Assembly (NCBI GenBank): GCA_030167865.1
Contig: JALAGF010000415.1
Coordinates: 1 to 64,000, forward strand
Source of the DNA: Craspedostauros australis
Taxonomy: Eukaryota
Length of the DNA stretch: 64,000 nucleotides
Direction: 5' to 3'
In this document: positions 46,250 to 58,500 of the stretch, piece after piece
How positions within the stretch are numbered: position 1 is the stretch's first letter
Layout of the letters: each line of letters opens with the position of its first letter
The notes under the pieces: model-generated
The model's database searches: none
Told to the model about the DNA's origin: nothing
The model's input: only the letters and a program-made list of their open reading frames with translations
Position numbers and translations under genes: made by a program

Positions 46250-48418
46250 ATGTCAGGTAAGATGAATGCGCTGAATTCCTCGGCTTGAATCGATCAGAGC
46301 GATGGGTGCATGAATGATGGCTGAGTGTGCAAGTTGTGTAACATTTGTATTCTATGATAGAATACATGGCGCTGAATCCAAGATCATATAATGTAAAACT
46401 ATACTATTATATTATAGATGCCGTCGGATTGTTCATCACTTGTTGATCATTGATTGCTCCCCTCCCGGCTCACTCAAGAAGATGTCTCACCTTCATACCT
46501 CTTCGCTACTTGATCCATTGCTATCCGCACTTTGCCAAACCATGGTCCATGCTACCTACTTCTGTCCACGCTACTGTCCACTCTCCTCTCCTCGCTGCTC
46601 CACCTCGTTCATCGACCCGCAGCTTCGGCATGGAAAAAGACTGCAAGCAAGTCGCTTTTGCTTGCATCCATCGCTCTTCCAGTCGTTCTTCCCATGTTGC
46701 CCACAGCGATGACTACTGACGACGATGGAGCCCAAGGTCATTCGTCCCCATACTCATCCGCCTCCTGCAATTGGACGTCGGCCCGGATACTGCTCTTCCT
46801 GTTCGCAGCTCTGCTTTTCGTTTCGGAACGAATTGATCGCCGCAGACGCGTGGAGGCAGGTGCCAGAGGCAGACCGCTTTGCGTCAACCCGTTTCAGACT
46901 GGGAGCATCGTGGACAGCCTGGGACTCGCAGCGCTCGGGCATATCTGGTTCCTACTCATATCACCCCGCGTCCCTCACACCAACCGACCCGACCTCATGG
47001 AGATCTTCGCGAAGTCCCGCGACGAGGCCAACGAAGAAGGCTACTCTGCCTCCTTGGTGTGGTTGATGCATCCCATGAATCCGTTGTCATCGGCGATGAT
47101 CGTTGTCAACGACCCGTCACTCGTAATGGAGCTATTATCACGCAAGTCCTTTGGCAAATGGAAGAAGGGCTTGGGCTACAGGGTCGCCGCCCCGTTGGTC
47201 GGTCATAATTCCGTCTTGACCGCCCAGGATAATGATCGCTGGAGGCACCAACGCCGCATCTTGCTGGCGGGCTTCAGCAAGAGCGTGCTGCTCATCGCGC
47301 ACAAGACCATCTACCAATCGGTCGCGAGATTGACTGCCAGGTGGTACAAGAACTCGACGGCAGGCAGCACGACCCAAATCGAGATGCTGCGCGAGATGCA
47401 GAAGCTCAGCATCGAGATCATCGGGAAGGTCGCATTTTCGTACGACTTCAAATCCTGCGCTGCCGAAGACGCGCCCTTCGCGAATGACTTCCATCTCATC
47501 CTCAAAACGCTGACGACGCGCGCCCGCGGGTCGTACATCTTCGCGTGGGCCCCGACGCCTGAGAACTTGCGATTCAACAAGGCCATGGCCAACCTGGACG
47601 CCATCGTGACCGACATCATCGAGCAGAAGAAGGTCAAGCAACAAGAGGCGATCAAAGACGGCGCGCAGGAAGAAACGGCCACGGTGCGCAACAAGGCATC
47701 CAACGCGGATGTTGTCGATTTGCTGCTGTCGGAGGATGGCACCGATGACGGCATGACTTCGCAGCAGATACTCGACAACATCAAGACTCTCTTCTTCGCT
47801 GGTCATGACACTACCGCATCGGCCATTGCATGGTCTTTCTACCTCCTGTCCACACACCCTGAGGCAGAGCGCAAGCTGCTGGCCGAATTCAAATCGTTGG
47901 ACGACATGGACTTGGAAGAAGGCGGCGAGCAGGAGTACGAAGAACTCGAACGTCTCCCATACCTCAACGCAGTTGTGAAGGAGACGCTGCGTCTCTACCC
48001 CAGCGCTTCGCTGTCACGGCAGCCGGTGTCGAAGCGCGGAGAACAGCTTGGTAACATCGACGTCCCGTACGGCGATGACGTCTACGTCGTTCCCATGCTG
48101 ATCCATCGCGATCCAAGAAATTGGGACCAACCGGACGCGTTCCTTCCAGAACGGTGGCTGGATCCGAAGAAGCTGCTGGACGCCAAGGGCAGAACGCCGG
48201 AGCAAAGAGGGATCTACATTCCGTTCTCGTTGGGCATGCGGAGCTGCCTCGGTCGGATGCTGGCGCTCGTGGAGCTCCGTACATCACTGAAGGCGATACT
48301 GCAGAACTACAAGTTCGAGCTGGCAAAGAATGAAGATGGAGTTGTGGAACATCCCAGACCAGTGGTCTACCTCACCATCTGCTCCAACCGAATGGTAATG
48401 AAAGTCACTCGACGTTGA
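46250..48418 (+). CDS. Cytochrome P450
   Basis: I-helix FFAGHDTT, ETLR, PERW, heme motif PFSLGMRSCLG, N-terminal TM. Start is either a micro-exon at 46250-46256 spliced to 46707, or ATG 46709. Confidence 0.93.
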
Positions 48419-48960
48419 AGTGATCCGCGCTGAACACTTGGACCCAAGAACTGCCCTCGCATCGCTTCATTGATGCGGTAAACACATAATAGAACACTAC
48501 GGAGATGATAATGGCGTGCGTGCGATCATTCTCGACGCCATGAAAGCCTCTCATGAACAAGAGCATTCAGTTTTGTAATACGAGTACTCATTTCGCCATT
48601 GTAGGTAGTCCCGATAGCAATTTCCGCACCGCGGCGACTTTGACAGCGCACTGCAATGCATTCAACCATCCAGACTGTGTCGTCACACTCCCGCATGAGC
48701 CCCAGGATGAATGGATCAGTTGGATTGAGCGAGTGAGCATACTGATACATGTAATCCTAATCTTTCTGGAGCAGAGTACTCTAATTAGGAACCAATGCGT
48801 CTTCGATGGTTGCCGCACTGGTTGCGATTGGTCCTGTGTGCTGGTATCGATCTCCTCTCCAACGAAGTACGACTATCTCCCTGTCTCCCCTACAAATGTA
48901 TGACACCTAAATAAAATGCACCCGCAATGATGATCACGGGACTTTCCTTGTGCCATTCTT

Positions 48961-50640
48961 TCAGATGTTGAAAACAGAGATGTCGAGGTCACCACCAAGG
49001 GGAGGTTGTCCCAGATCATCGAGCCAGCTATCTTCTCCAGTCGCATCAAAGCCCAGCCCGAGATTTTCTTGGGTGCTTGACGCCATGCCACGATCGCTGT
49101 CGTCATAATGATCATCGATTCGCACGGCGATACGCTTGCCGCGCGTTCTCGATGTCCCCCGTTCACTGTTGTTCTCGTTCACGGCCCTCTTTCTGGCTCT
49201 TTCGCGTTTGGTCTTTGCCCTGTTTGCACCACCAGCGTTTTGCCTTGCGGCCTTCTTCCGTTCCAACGCGTCGCCGCCATTCTGCTTGACCGTCGGAATT
49301 CGTCGATGGCTGCGGAAGGTCTGCGCCACCTTCTTGCGCGCATCTTCATCCTCGACCTCGATCCAAGCGCCTGCATCAAATTTGAGGAATCGGCCGGAGA
49401 TGGATTTGATGTTGGCAACCAACGATGACGTGATCTTCGTCTTTTCATGCTTCGAGGAGGAGTCGTAGACCTCGCGTCGTTCGTCGATCATCGTATTCAA
49501 ACGCAAATTGCCAGCATGGCCGGCGTTGCTGCGTCCGTACAGAACATCGGCCTTGGTGGGCACGATGATGTTCGATGCCAAACTTGCGCGCCGTGGCTGT
49601 GGGCTATGGTGAGATGAGGATCCTTCGGAGTTGTGAGACGTTGTCGTCTGGATGCTCGCGGCATCCTCAACTTTTATGAGACGATGCTCCTGCATCGCCG
49701 ACTCCTCCAATTGCCGTTGCGTGTCGACCCATTCCAAATGGCGCGTCGTGTTCAATGTGCCATCGATGGTGATGGGAATGGTCGACGTCGGGATGCCGTA
49801 CGTCATGAGCTGATAGCGCACCTCGAGGTGGGAACCAACGTGATCTCGTATGCGAACGTGCATATGATCTGCGCAGACCTTGCGGGCCAGCATGGTGACT
49901 GGGCGGAACGCGGCGCTGCCGAAGCAGTGATGCACCGCGACGATGCGCGCGGCCGACGACCTCATCTTGGCGAAGCCTTGGATGACGACTTGTGGCTCGA
50001 ATTTCTTTTCCATCTTTGCCAGATCGCCGACGGCGTAGGGTATGATCACCATCCCCTTGCGTTGGGTTTCTTCATCCTGCAGCGCCTTCCAGACGATGTA
50101 GTCTATCGCCTTCAAGTGATTGCGAACGTACTTGTAGCGTTCGTTGATGACGGAGATGAACACGATGGCCCTGCCTCCCTGATCCCGCTGGGGCAGGAGC
50201 TGCACGTGCGAGTTTCGGAGGCAAGCTAGATCATCCTCATCCAAGTCGCTCTGCGTGATGTCCTTGGCCACCCTATCCGCTCCGTAGTACTTGACCTTGT
50301 AATCGAGGTGAGCGAGGAAGCGCCTGGTCGATTCTGGCACATCAAAGTGGCAACACCTGAGGAACATGAGCAGGATACGGCGACTGGTGGTCCATTCCGC
50401 ATCCATCTTCATCGCGATATGGTAGCCGTGCTTGGAGTGTTCGGAGGCGGACTCGATCTCGTGTGCCATTTGCTCGAGGTGGTCCTGGATCATTTCATCT
50501 GTTTCCTTGACTGTCTTCGAGATGCCGTGCACATCCTGGTACACTTGCTCCCGTTCCCTGACGGAGAGCTTGTTCATGGCCTTGGCAAGCAGCGCGTTAG
50601 TCTCCCGCTCTGAGATGGTGGGTACCTTGGACAACGGCAT
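48961..50640 (-). CDS. Diatom-type protein with N-terminal CRAL-TRIO-like region and C-terminal DUF6824 domain
   Basis: LLMFLRC..FD, LPQRDQGGRAI, RIRDHVGS..E..YQLMTYGIP; DUF6824-like PTKADVLYGR...HAGNLR...GRFLK....WIEV.DEDARKKVAQTFR. Likely start MPLSK at 50640. Confidence 0.82.
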   Translation of the reverse strand: MPLSKVPTISERETNALLAKAMNKLSVREREQVYQDVHGISKTVKETDEMIQDHLEQMAHEIESASEHSKHGYHIAMKMDAEWTTSRRILLMFLRCCHFDVPESTRRFLAHLDYKVKYYGADRVAKDITQSDLDEDDLACLRNSHVQLLPQRDQGGRAIVFISVINERYKYVRNHLKAIDYIVWKALQDEETQRKGMVIIPYAVGDLAKMEKKFEPQVVIQGFAKMRSSAARIVAVHHCFGSAAFRPVTMLARKVCADHMHVRIRDHVGSHLEVRYQLMTYGIPTSTIPITIDGTLNTTRHLEWVDTQRQLEESAMQEHRLIKVEDAASIQTTTSHNSEGSSSHHSPQPRRASLASNIIVPTKADVLYGRSNAGHAGNLRLNTMIDERREVYDSSSKHEKTKITSSLVANIKSISGRFLKFDAGAWIEVEDEDARKKVAQTFRSHRRIPTVKQNGGDALERKKAARQNAGGANRAKTKRERARKRAVNENNSERGTSRTRGKRIAVRIDDHYDDSDRGMASSTQENLGLGFDATGEDSWLDDLGQPPLGGDLDISVFNI

Positions 50641-52295
50641 CGTGTCGGTAGGTGTGCGTGCACGTTGGCAATGATCACGTCGGTATAGCAGTACTCGATG
50701 CGCAGATCTGTACGCAAGTAAATGTGGAGGTTGGTGTGGAGAGACGCAGAGAGAGAGAAAGAGAGAGGAGAGAGAGAGAGAGGGAGGAATGACTGCTTCT
50801 CCCACGACCACCTGTGCTAGTATTGATGCGAGTATTGATGTGAGTCTGTGCAATTTCGGTTCCAGCAGCGCGCCAATATGCCCTCAAGGCTGATGCCAGG
50901 TTGCGCTTCGAGATGTGTTGTTGGTGTTGTTGATGGTGTCGTTGATGGTAATAATGGTATTAATGGTGTTGTGAGTGTTGGAAGTATGGTGCAGAGTATG
51001 GTGTTGAGTACTATTCTACTATGGTATGGTACGAATATGTCTGGTGACGATGGTGATGATGATGATGAACAGGTCAGAGACTGTAGGAGATACGCGTACT
51101 ATGCTCGAAGTGCTGGTTATCCTTGGGGAAGTTCAACGAGGTTGGGTGCGGGTTGCAGTGGTTGTGATCTTCCTCGTCCTTTGTATGTGCTTTGCCGTGG
51201 ACGGTGCTGTTGATCATGCCCCGTGAAGGAGTACGACTACGGGCGCCTGGATTCGCACAGAACCGGAACTCAACGTGACACCGGCGACGACTTTCTGGCT
51301 CCGAAACGCGTTTGTCACAACAAAACTGCAAGACGAGTTCCGTCATTATTGTGCCGTTAACGACGACACGTGGCCAATCGGCTCGTCGCTGCGACACATG
51401 TCGTCGCGAAGCTGGAACTTTTTGGCCGTTCTCATATTCTCTTTCGGGGAATTGCCCAATCACGAACAGCTTCATGGACACGCGAAATAAATGGGACGTT
51501 CTGGTATGTCAGGCAGCGGAGGGCGGTACATTCGCAAGCCCGACAAGACACTCTATTCGTGGCTTGTGCTCTACACCATACAACTCTGTACCGTGCCACG
51601 CTGAACCGTACTACTACGACTCTGTACCACACCCAAAGGAACATCAAACGAAGATCACCGATCAGGGCCATCCCAGACGGCCCGCATCGTACCTTGCAAC
51701 GAAGAGGGCACGCGAAGCACTCAACTCTTCATCGACGACGCAGCAAAGAGCGGAGTATCCACTTCTGCACAGATGGTATCCTGGATACAAACTGATCGTC
51801 ACTCGAACAGTCATCCTGGTAGTGGGTAGTCGCAGCGATGTGTGTCCAGAGTACGAAGAATTGTCGGTTCCGAAAGCGCCTCGTGTCCATCGATCTCGAC
51901 GGTACTCCATGATGAGCCTCTCAAGATCGCTGATGTAGCGCGATCTCCTACCAAAATGGAACCGGAAAAAACATGGTTTGTGAAGGCATCAACCAAGACA
52001 GGACAGAATGTCTGCATGGAAGCGCCTTGGCGAAACTGCACGCTACGAATCGCTTCGCCTCGCTGCTAATTACGTGGAGGGCTCAGGTCGTCTGTTTGTG
52101 CACGTTCCGCGGACATTGCAGGCTATTACTCTGCTTTACTCAACCAGTGCGCATAAAGATACATTGCTTTGTGTTTCACCTGCTGCAGTGGTGCACACTT
52201 GAGGATGCTTCCATGATGATATTCTATTATACGGTACTTTACACTACAATTGAGATCAGGTTGAAGTGCAAGTGATAGATTCGCCCCTTGATAGA

Positions 52296-54401
52296 TTAGG
52301 ACGATGGCGCGCCGCACATAGCGCAGTTTGGCTGACGATAACGATGGGTGAATGTGCAGATGGAGCAAGACCAACCAAACGGAGGCTTTTGGGATCGGTT
52401 GCGACGTTTTTTGGGACGGCTTGGGGATGTTTCTCTGCTCATGACGCCGTCCGAGGACGTGTGCAGACCCGCATCTGGTACGATGACGACTTCACCAGTT
52501 CGTGGCATCAGCGCATGATCCGAGATGACATCGTCCATGTCAATCGTAATCGGGTGCATCACTCTCTCTTCTGCAGTGGCGATGGACAATGGCGCTGCTG
52601 GTGTTTGGCTGGTGTGGAAAGCGGCACTGGTCATCTCAATTGAATGCGGAGGTTTCTGGAAGGTGGACATCGATAACTGCGGCCCTTTGCGTTTCTGGGA
52701 ACGTCGGACGTTGTTGATCATCAGATGTGGCTCGGCCACTGTGGTATTGGGAGATATGCGCTTGTGGTTGTTGGCGCATGGGTGGACGGATGTCCTCACG
52801 GGCATCGAGAGGGACGACATTTGCGTCACTGGAGCAAAGTGCGACCGACCAGCGCCGCTGCGCTTGGTCTTGTTGTTGAGGTACGGATTGACTAGCTTTT
52901 GCGGAGTTCCGCTTGTTGCAGGAGACATTCTGATGTGGTGGCGCGCAACTCGTGGTGGCGATGCAAGCGACTTCGCCGGAGACGCAGCCACAAACACAGA
53001 ATTGCTGTTGGCTTGTGATGTGCTCATTGTGCGGTGCTTGATGTATGGATTGGCGGACGATGCCAAACCACCATGTTGCGCAGACATGGTTGTCACTGTC
53101 GGAGATGCGGGTGCACCAGTCGCTACCCGTGCATGGATTGCCCCATCTTGATCTCGTCCGTCGATTTGATGCGGTGCACCCGCGGGTTGTGTGCTCGTGG
53201 CCTTGTTTAATTTCGTGGTTGTACTTTGATTTGGACCAGACTGCGAATGGTGCTGCTCGAGGCACGGCTTGTCATCGCTATCATTGCCGTCGTCGCCAGC
53301 AACGGCCTCATACTCAAGGAGCAACGAACGGATCGATTGGGGCATGGCATTCGCAACGGTATCGGTATCAGCAGCGTCACCACCAGACATGCCCACTTGC
53401 CGAAGATGCTGTTCCTCAGCTTCCTCTTTGATCCTGGCACGCTGGACGAAGCGGCATAGCGAATGCACGCGAGATTTCGACGGTTGCGAGGAGGATACGA
53501 TATCTGCAATGCGTAGAACCATCCAGAAACGTGATGACGCCGGTCTTTGCTGTTCATCTTGGCTCTCACGCAGCGCGGCCTGCTGGATCAAGTCCGACCA
53601 TTGCTGCGATGTGAAGGGACCGCGCTTGGCTCGCTTGGCGCACGCCTGTTTGTTGGTTTGGTTGGTGCGGCGCGACGTTCTGCTTCTCTTCACAGATGCG
53701 GCAGACTTCTCCAACACCAACTTCCGCAGCTGCGCCGCCGTCTTCGGCTGGACCTTCTCGTCCCAGTTGGCCTGCACGTAGAGCGAGTACTGCGTGTATC
53801 GGCGTTGGCATTCCTTTTCGGATGGCGCCGTTGGGAGGTTGGCGTCGCTGAGGAGCTTGTGCAGCTGGTTGCGCTTGAGCAGCTTGAAGGAGACCTTGGG
53901 AAGCACGTGCGGTCGCACCACGGAGCTTGCCGCATCGACGGACTGCGCGCGTGACTGCCGTTGCTGATACTGCGAGACCCTTCGTTGCAGGTCGATGTTG
54001 GGCTCCCACGCGTTCGTGGACGGCAGCAGCTGACGGCAGATGGCGCACTCGCGTCGCTTGTTGCAGATGCGCTGCGTCAAGGAGGCGTGGATGTGCTGGC
54101 GGATGCACATGGAGCAGAAGGAGTGCCCGCATGGTGCCAATGTCACGGCCGCGAAGAAGTGCTCTTGGCACAACGGACAGCGCAGATCATCATCGGCAGG
54201 CTCATTCGTGGCGCCTGCAGCATCGCCTCCGTCCCTTGGCTGCGTGAGCTGCGAAACCTCCCTGATCTTCATCGGCTGTTCATCGGCCGTTGACGCCTCC
54301 GTCTGTCCCATCGTTGGCGTTGCTGCTGCATCATGCATGCCTGGACGCGTATGTTCGTGCGAGCATTCGTCGTCGTTGCGGAGCCTCTCTGGCGGATTCA
54401 T
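52296..54401 (-). CDS. RAD18: RAD18-like E3 ligase (C3HC4 RING + SAP) with C-terminal RanBP2/NZF zinc finger
   Basis: LRCPLC...CGHSFCSMCIR...CAICR RING; LPKVSFKLLK..QLHKLL...LPT...RRY...ANWD matches the Rad18 SAP region; WSCSICTF......CAMCG at the C-terminus. Start uncertain (54401 likely; ORF extends to 54671). Confidence 0.78.
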   Translation of the reverse strand: MNPPERLRNDDECSHEHTRPGMHDAAATPTMGQTEASTADEQPMKIREVSQLTQPRDGGDAAGATNEPADDDLRCPLCQEHFFAAVTLAPCGHSFCSMCIRQHIHASLTQRICNKRRECAICRQLLPSTNAWEPNIDLQRRVSQYQQRQSRAQSVDAASSVVRPHVLPKVSFKLLKRNQLHKLLSDANLPTAPSEKECQRRYTQYSLYVQANWDEKVQPKTAAQLRKLVLEKSAASVKRSRTSRRTNQTNKQACAKRAKRGPFTSQQWSDLIQQAALRESQDEQQRPASSRFWMVLRIADIVSSSQPSKSRVHSLCRFVQRARIKEEAEEQHLRQVGMSGGDAADTDTVANAMPQSIRSLLLEYEAVAGDDGNDSDDKPCLEQHHSQSGPNQSTTTKLNKATSTQPAGAPHQIDGRDQDGAIHARVATGAPASPTVTTMSAQHGGLASSANPYIKHRTMSTSQANSNSVFVAASPAKSLASPPRVARHHIRMSPATSGTPQKLVNPYLNNKTKRSGAGRSHFAPVTQMSSLSMPVRTSVHPCANNHKRISPNTTVAEPHLMINNVRRSQKRKGPQLSMSTFQKPPHSIEMTSAAFHTSQTPAAPLSIATAEERVMHPITIDMDDVISDHALMPRTGEVVIVPDAGLHTSSDGVMSRETSPSRPKKRRNRSQKPPFGWSCSICTFTHRYRQPNCAMCGAPSS

Positions 54402-55590
54402 GTTGTTGGCGTTGGAATGGTCGTATTGACAGAGAGAGAGATGAACGCCTCGCGTGTTCCAATTTGGGTTCTGATGGTTTGGTTCACGTGTTGGTGGCCA
54501 CGATCGCCAGTACTGTTGCTGCTTTTGCCGTTGGTGTTGTTGTTGGCGATCGCCATCGTTGTCGTTGTGTCGTCGAAACTTCACGCCGAACTCAGCGCGC
54601 CAGTTCTGAACATATACCAAACATATAGTATATTTGGTACCGGCCGGTATTCTACCGTAGTATCTGTTCATACGGACGAGATACTACATGTGACTATTGG
54701 AAGCATGAATGAACCCGGAGAATCCGATCGGAATGTCTGTGACAAAAATGAGCGCCAAAAAGTGGCATTCGGCGAACGATGCGACATCAAAGAGATGACC
54801 GCGATGACGAGAGACGACAGGGACAACAAAGACCTGCGATCCGTATTCCACAGGCATCGTTGCAGCTGACGAACGGGGGAAGGACAACAGCCCTTCACGG
54901 GTTCCACCCAACAGGAACGAAGAGCAGAGAGAGGGCACCCACGCAGCAACATGCTTCGTTGTTCTTGTCATTCGACACCGAAATTGAACAGCGCGGGTGA
55001 GTATCCACAAGCGGAGACGGAGGCAACAGTAACAGTAACAGGAACAACAACGGCAACAAGGGAATTGCATCATCCATCTCCTCCAGATAAAGGCGAGAGG
55101 CAAGAAAGAGAGAGAGAGAGAGAGATAGAGAGAAGACGACACTGAGCAAGAATCGATTCAAAGAGGAGCCAAGAGAGAACAAGACGAAAGGACAGGGCGG
55201 CGCTTGCGGAGATTGCACACGCTGCTGCATTCGTGTCAAGCCAAGCCAAACCAATACAGCGCGTGCTTTCGATCAGTCTTGGAACAGTTCCACGATCTGA
55301 TGTCGGAGGTAGGCGCCAAAGTTCCGCAATCACACCAATAGCTTGCAGAGAGGCCATCACAGCTCTTCCACTTTCTGCAAACCTTCCCAACCAACTACAA
55401 GGCACAAAACAGAACAGAGCAGCTCAGGCAGTCCTGATCTCCACCTCTCTGCGTTCCTGCTCTTTTTGCCGCTCGACGCTTGGCGAGTCTCTTGCTTCAG
55501 TCCGAGTCGCGTGTGCCGAGACTACACCATTCATCACAACATCAACATCAACGGCAACATCATAGCATCCATCTGAAAGCGCAAGAAGCC

Positions 55591-58500
55591 ATGGATGAGG
55601 AAGCACACGGCGGTGGCCATGCCCCCAGTTCCTCAGCAGAGCAGCAGCAACAGCAACAGAAGAAGAAGGGCTCCAGATCCGGCTCAAAGACGCGAAAGAA
55701 GTCGCGGAAGAGCAGCTCCTCCACACCCCAGACGGACGAACACAGCATGATGAGCGACCCGCAAGCGACGCAGGGCGACGACCGCGACGCCCTCTCGCAC
55801 ACTCCCAACGAAGCTGACGCGGACAGCACCCTCCTTCAATCACCGGTGTCCCCATCCTCCAGAGCGAACGGATCCAAATCGTCGCACTCCTCGAGGAACA
55901 GAAGGAAGACCAGAAAGACGAGCACCAACGACACCGACGGCAAGCCAAAGTCAAAATCGAAACGAAGGACCACCAGGTCGGCTGTACTTGATGCTGACGG
56001 CGCCAGCAAGGGCGGCATGAGCAACAGCGGCAGCGCCAACGGCAGCAGAGGACGCAGATCTCACAAAAGCCCAAAGCGCTCGGCCAAGACCAACGGCCAA
56101 CTCAGTCCCAAGAAGCCGCGCAAGTCTGCGGCCTCCGCCCAAACCAACGGCAACAATGGCGACGCGACCTCCCTCGCGTCATCCAAACCCATGTCGGTGT
56201 CCCCCTTGCCGTCTCCCTCGCCGGCCAAGTCCAACCCACGCGGTCGGCAACTTCCAGAGGGATTGAAGCTCATCACGGTGCCTTCCCAGGAGAACATCGA
56301 CCTCAACTACGACAACGACAGCGACAGCGACGAACTTGAATATCCTTCCCGAACGCCCCGCGGATTGGGCAGAACAGATGGTAAGAATGAACAGCAGGGA
56401 CAGCAACAGCGACGGCGACAAGCAGAGACAATGATAGACACACATACGACGATACAGACACAGCCAGAGACAGCGACAGCGACAGCGATAGATAGACAGG
56501 GAGAGAGACAGGCAGACGCACACACACTGACACCCAACATGACACATGCGCATCCACATGCACAGACAAATATAAGTACAGATGCACAGATACAGCCACC
56601 AATACAAAGGCGAAAGCAGGAACCGAGAGAAGACCATGAACAGGAGCAAAGTTCGGAACCACCTCGTGCACATGCAAGCAAACCGCAGGAGCTGCACTTC
56701 GACTCGTCGGCAACAGACACTACGAGACCAGCATCCATATCGACATCCATATCAGCATCCATAGTGACATCCATAGTGGCATCGCCTGCCATCAACCATC
56801 GCACCACCAACACCAGCACCACTCGCATCACGATGACAGGGCAGGTTCTGGAAATCCACGGTCCTGCACCGCTGCCACAGCGCAGGTTTTCGCAGGAGCA
56901 AACACCACCACGACCACAATCACGCTCGCTATCGCAAACGCAAACACTACCAAGGACACAACAACATCATCAACAGCAAAACGGTCACAGCCAGAAAAGT
57001 AAGACAGACATCATGTGCAACATTGAAGACAGCGACAACCATCATGATGGCCTTGGTATTGGCAACAACGACGTCAATGCCAGCGCCAGTGCCAATGATG
57101 CTGGCAGGAACAAAGACCACCCAGCAATGTCACCAGTCAACCACACCAACTTCGTACACATTCCACTTCCGCGACTCCCTTCCCCTCCTTCCACAAAACC
57201 GCCTCATAATGGACACAACGGGCGTCCCCCTCCACCTTCACGCCCACCACCACTACCTCACCAACATCAGCAGCAGCAGCAGCAGAAGCCACACCACCTT
57301 CCTCCGACTTCGACTCCAACTCCATCTTCTCCTTTCAAACACACGACAATCTCATCGACACATGCGGCTCAATCTCAACCAACCGCAAGCAATCAACCAC
57401 CATCGTCACCGCCATGTCCGTTGCCATTCAACATGCAACCACGCAGCGCCAGCGAACGGGTTACATCACAGAAGACATCCATCGCAAACGCATCCGACAG
57501 CTCGAGCACACACCAGTCCTTGTCGGTACGATCCGTGCATGTCACGAATCACCAGAAGTACAGAGCCAAGTACAGCGCCATACCGCACTCCAGTTATCAC
57601 TGCCCCGAGCCCTACGCGGATGACGACTATCCGCTGGCAGCTGGGCAACACATGCACACCTTCTTGCAGCATTCGGCTGGTGCGGGCGATAGCGACCGCA
57701 TTGGCGGCAACGACGGCGAAGACAATGACGACGACTGCGATGACGAGGAGCTGGAGGAAGAGTCGATGGCTGTGTCCTCCATACACCATTCTTTCACCGA
57801 TGGTGGCACGACCAGCGCTGGTGAAACCATCAGCAGCGGGAGTAGCAGTGGCAGCTTCAGTGAAGATTACGCGATCACTGATAGTGACAGCAGCTACGAC
57901 AGCGGCGTGGACACTGCCACAGGCACTGGCACGGGTACCGATACTGCCGCCAGCATGCTTGGCAGCGCATACTCCCAAAGTGGAACTGGGACCGATAGCG
58001 ATAGCGACAGCAATGTCGGTACTGACGCTGACACTGATACCGAGGCTGGCGCCGATTCTGAGACAGGCGCTGACACGACGTCGCGAGGTGATGACCGCAA
58101 GAGTCATGGTGGCAGCCAAAGCAACAGCAGCGACGGTAGCAGCAGCGATAGCGATGAGGATGTTTCTGTGGACTTCATGGCCAAATCGCAATCACGGTCC
58201 ATCTCCAGATCACGCTCTGGACGTCTTCGTGGCAACGACCAAGGCTACGGCCAAACCCCATCCCTGGATGAGGAGGAAAGCATGTCATCATCGTTCAACA
58301 CTGCTCTGTTCGCCAAGGCCATTCATACCGACTACGATCACGTTGATCGTAAATCGCGCTTTGATCCCACAGCTGGGTACAACTCGTTCTCGTCCTTCTC
58401 GCAATTTGCCGCGGCAGACGACAGCCATTCGAAACCTCTCATACATTTCATGCCTCTCTCTCCTTCTGCCACTTCTATCACAAAACGCAACACCGGTCAC

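Noticed and set aside
56381-56860. Possible in-frame intron starting GTAAGA at 56381 in the long LRR gene
   Set aside because: The frame stays open across the region and no acceptor can be picked out with confidence; RNA-seq is needed.
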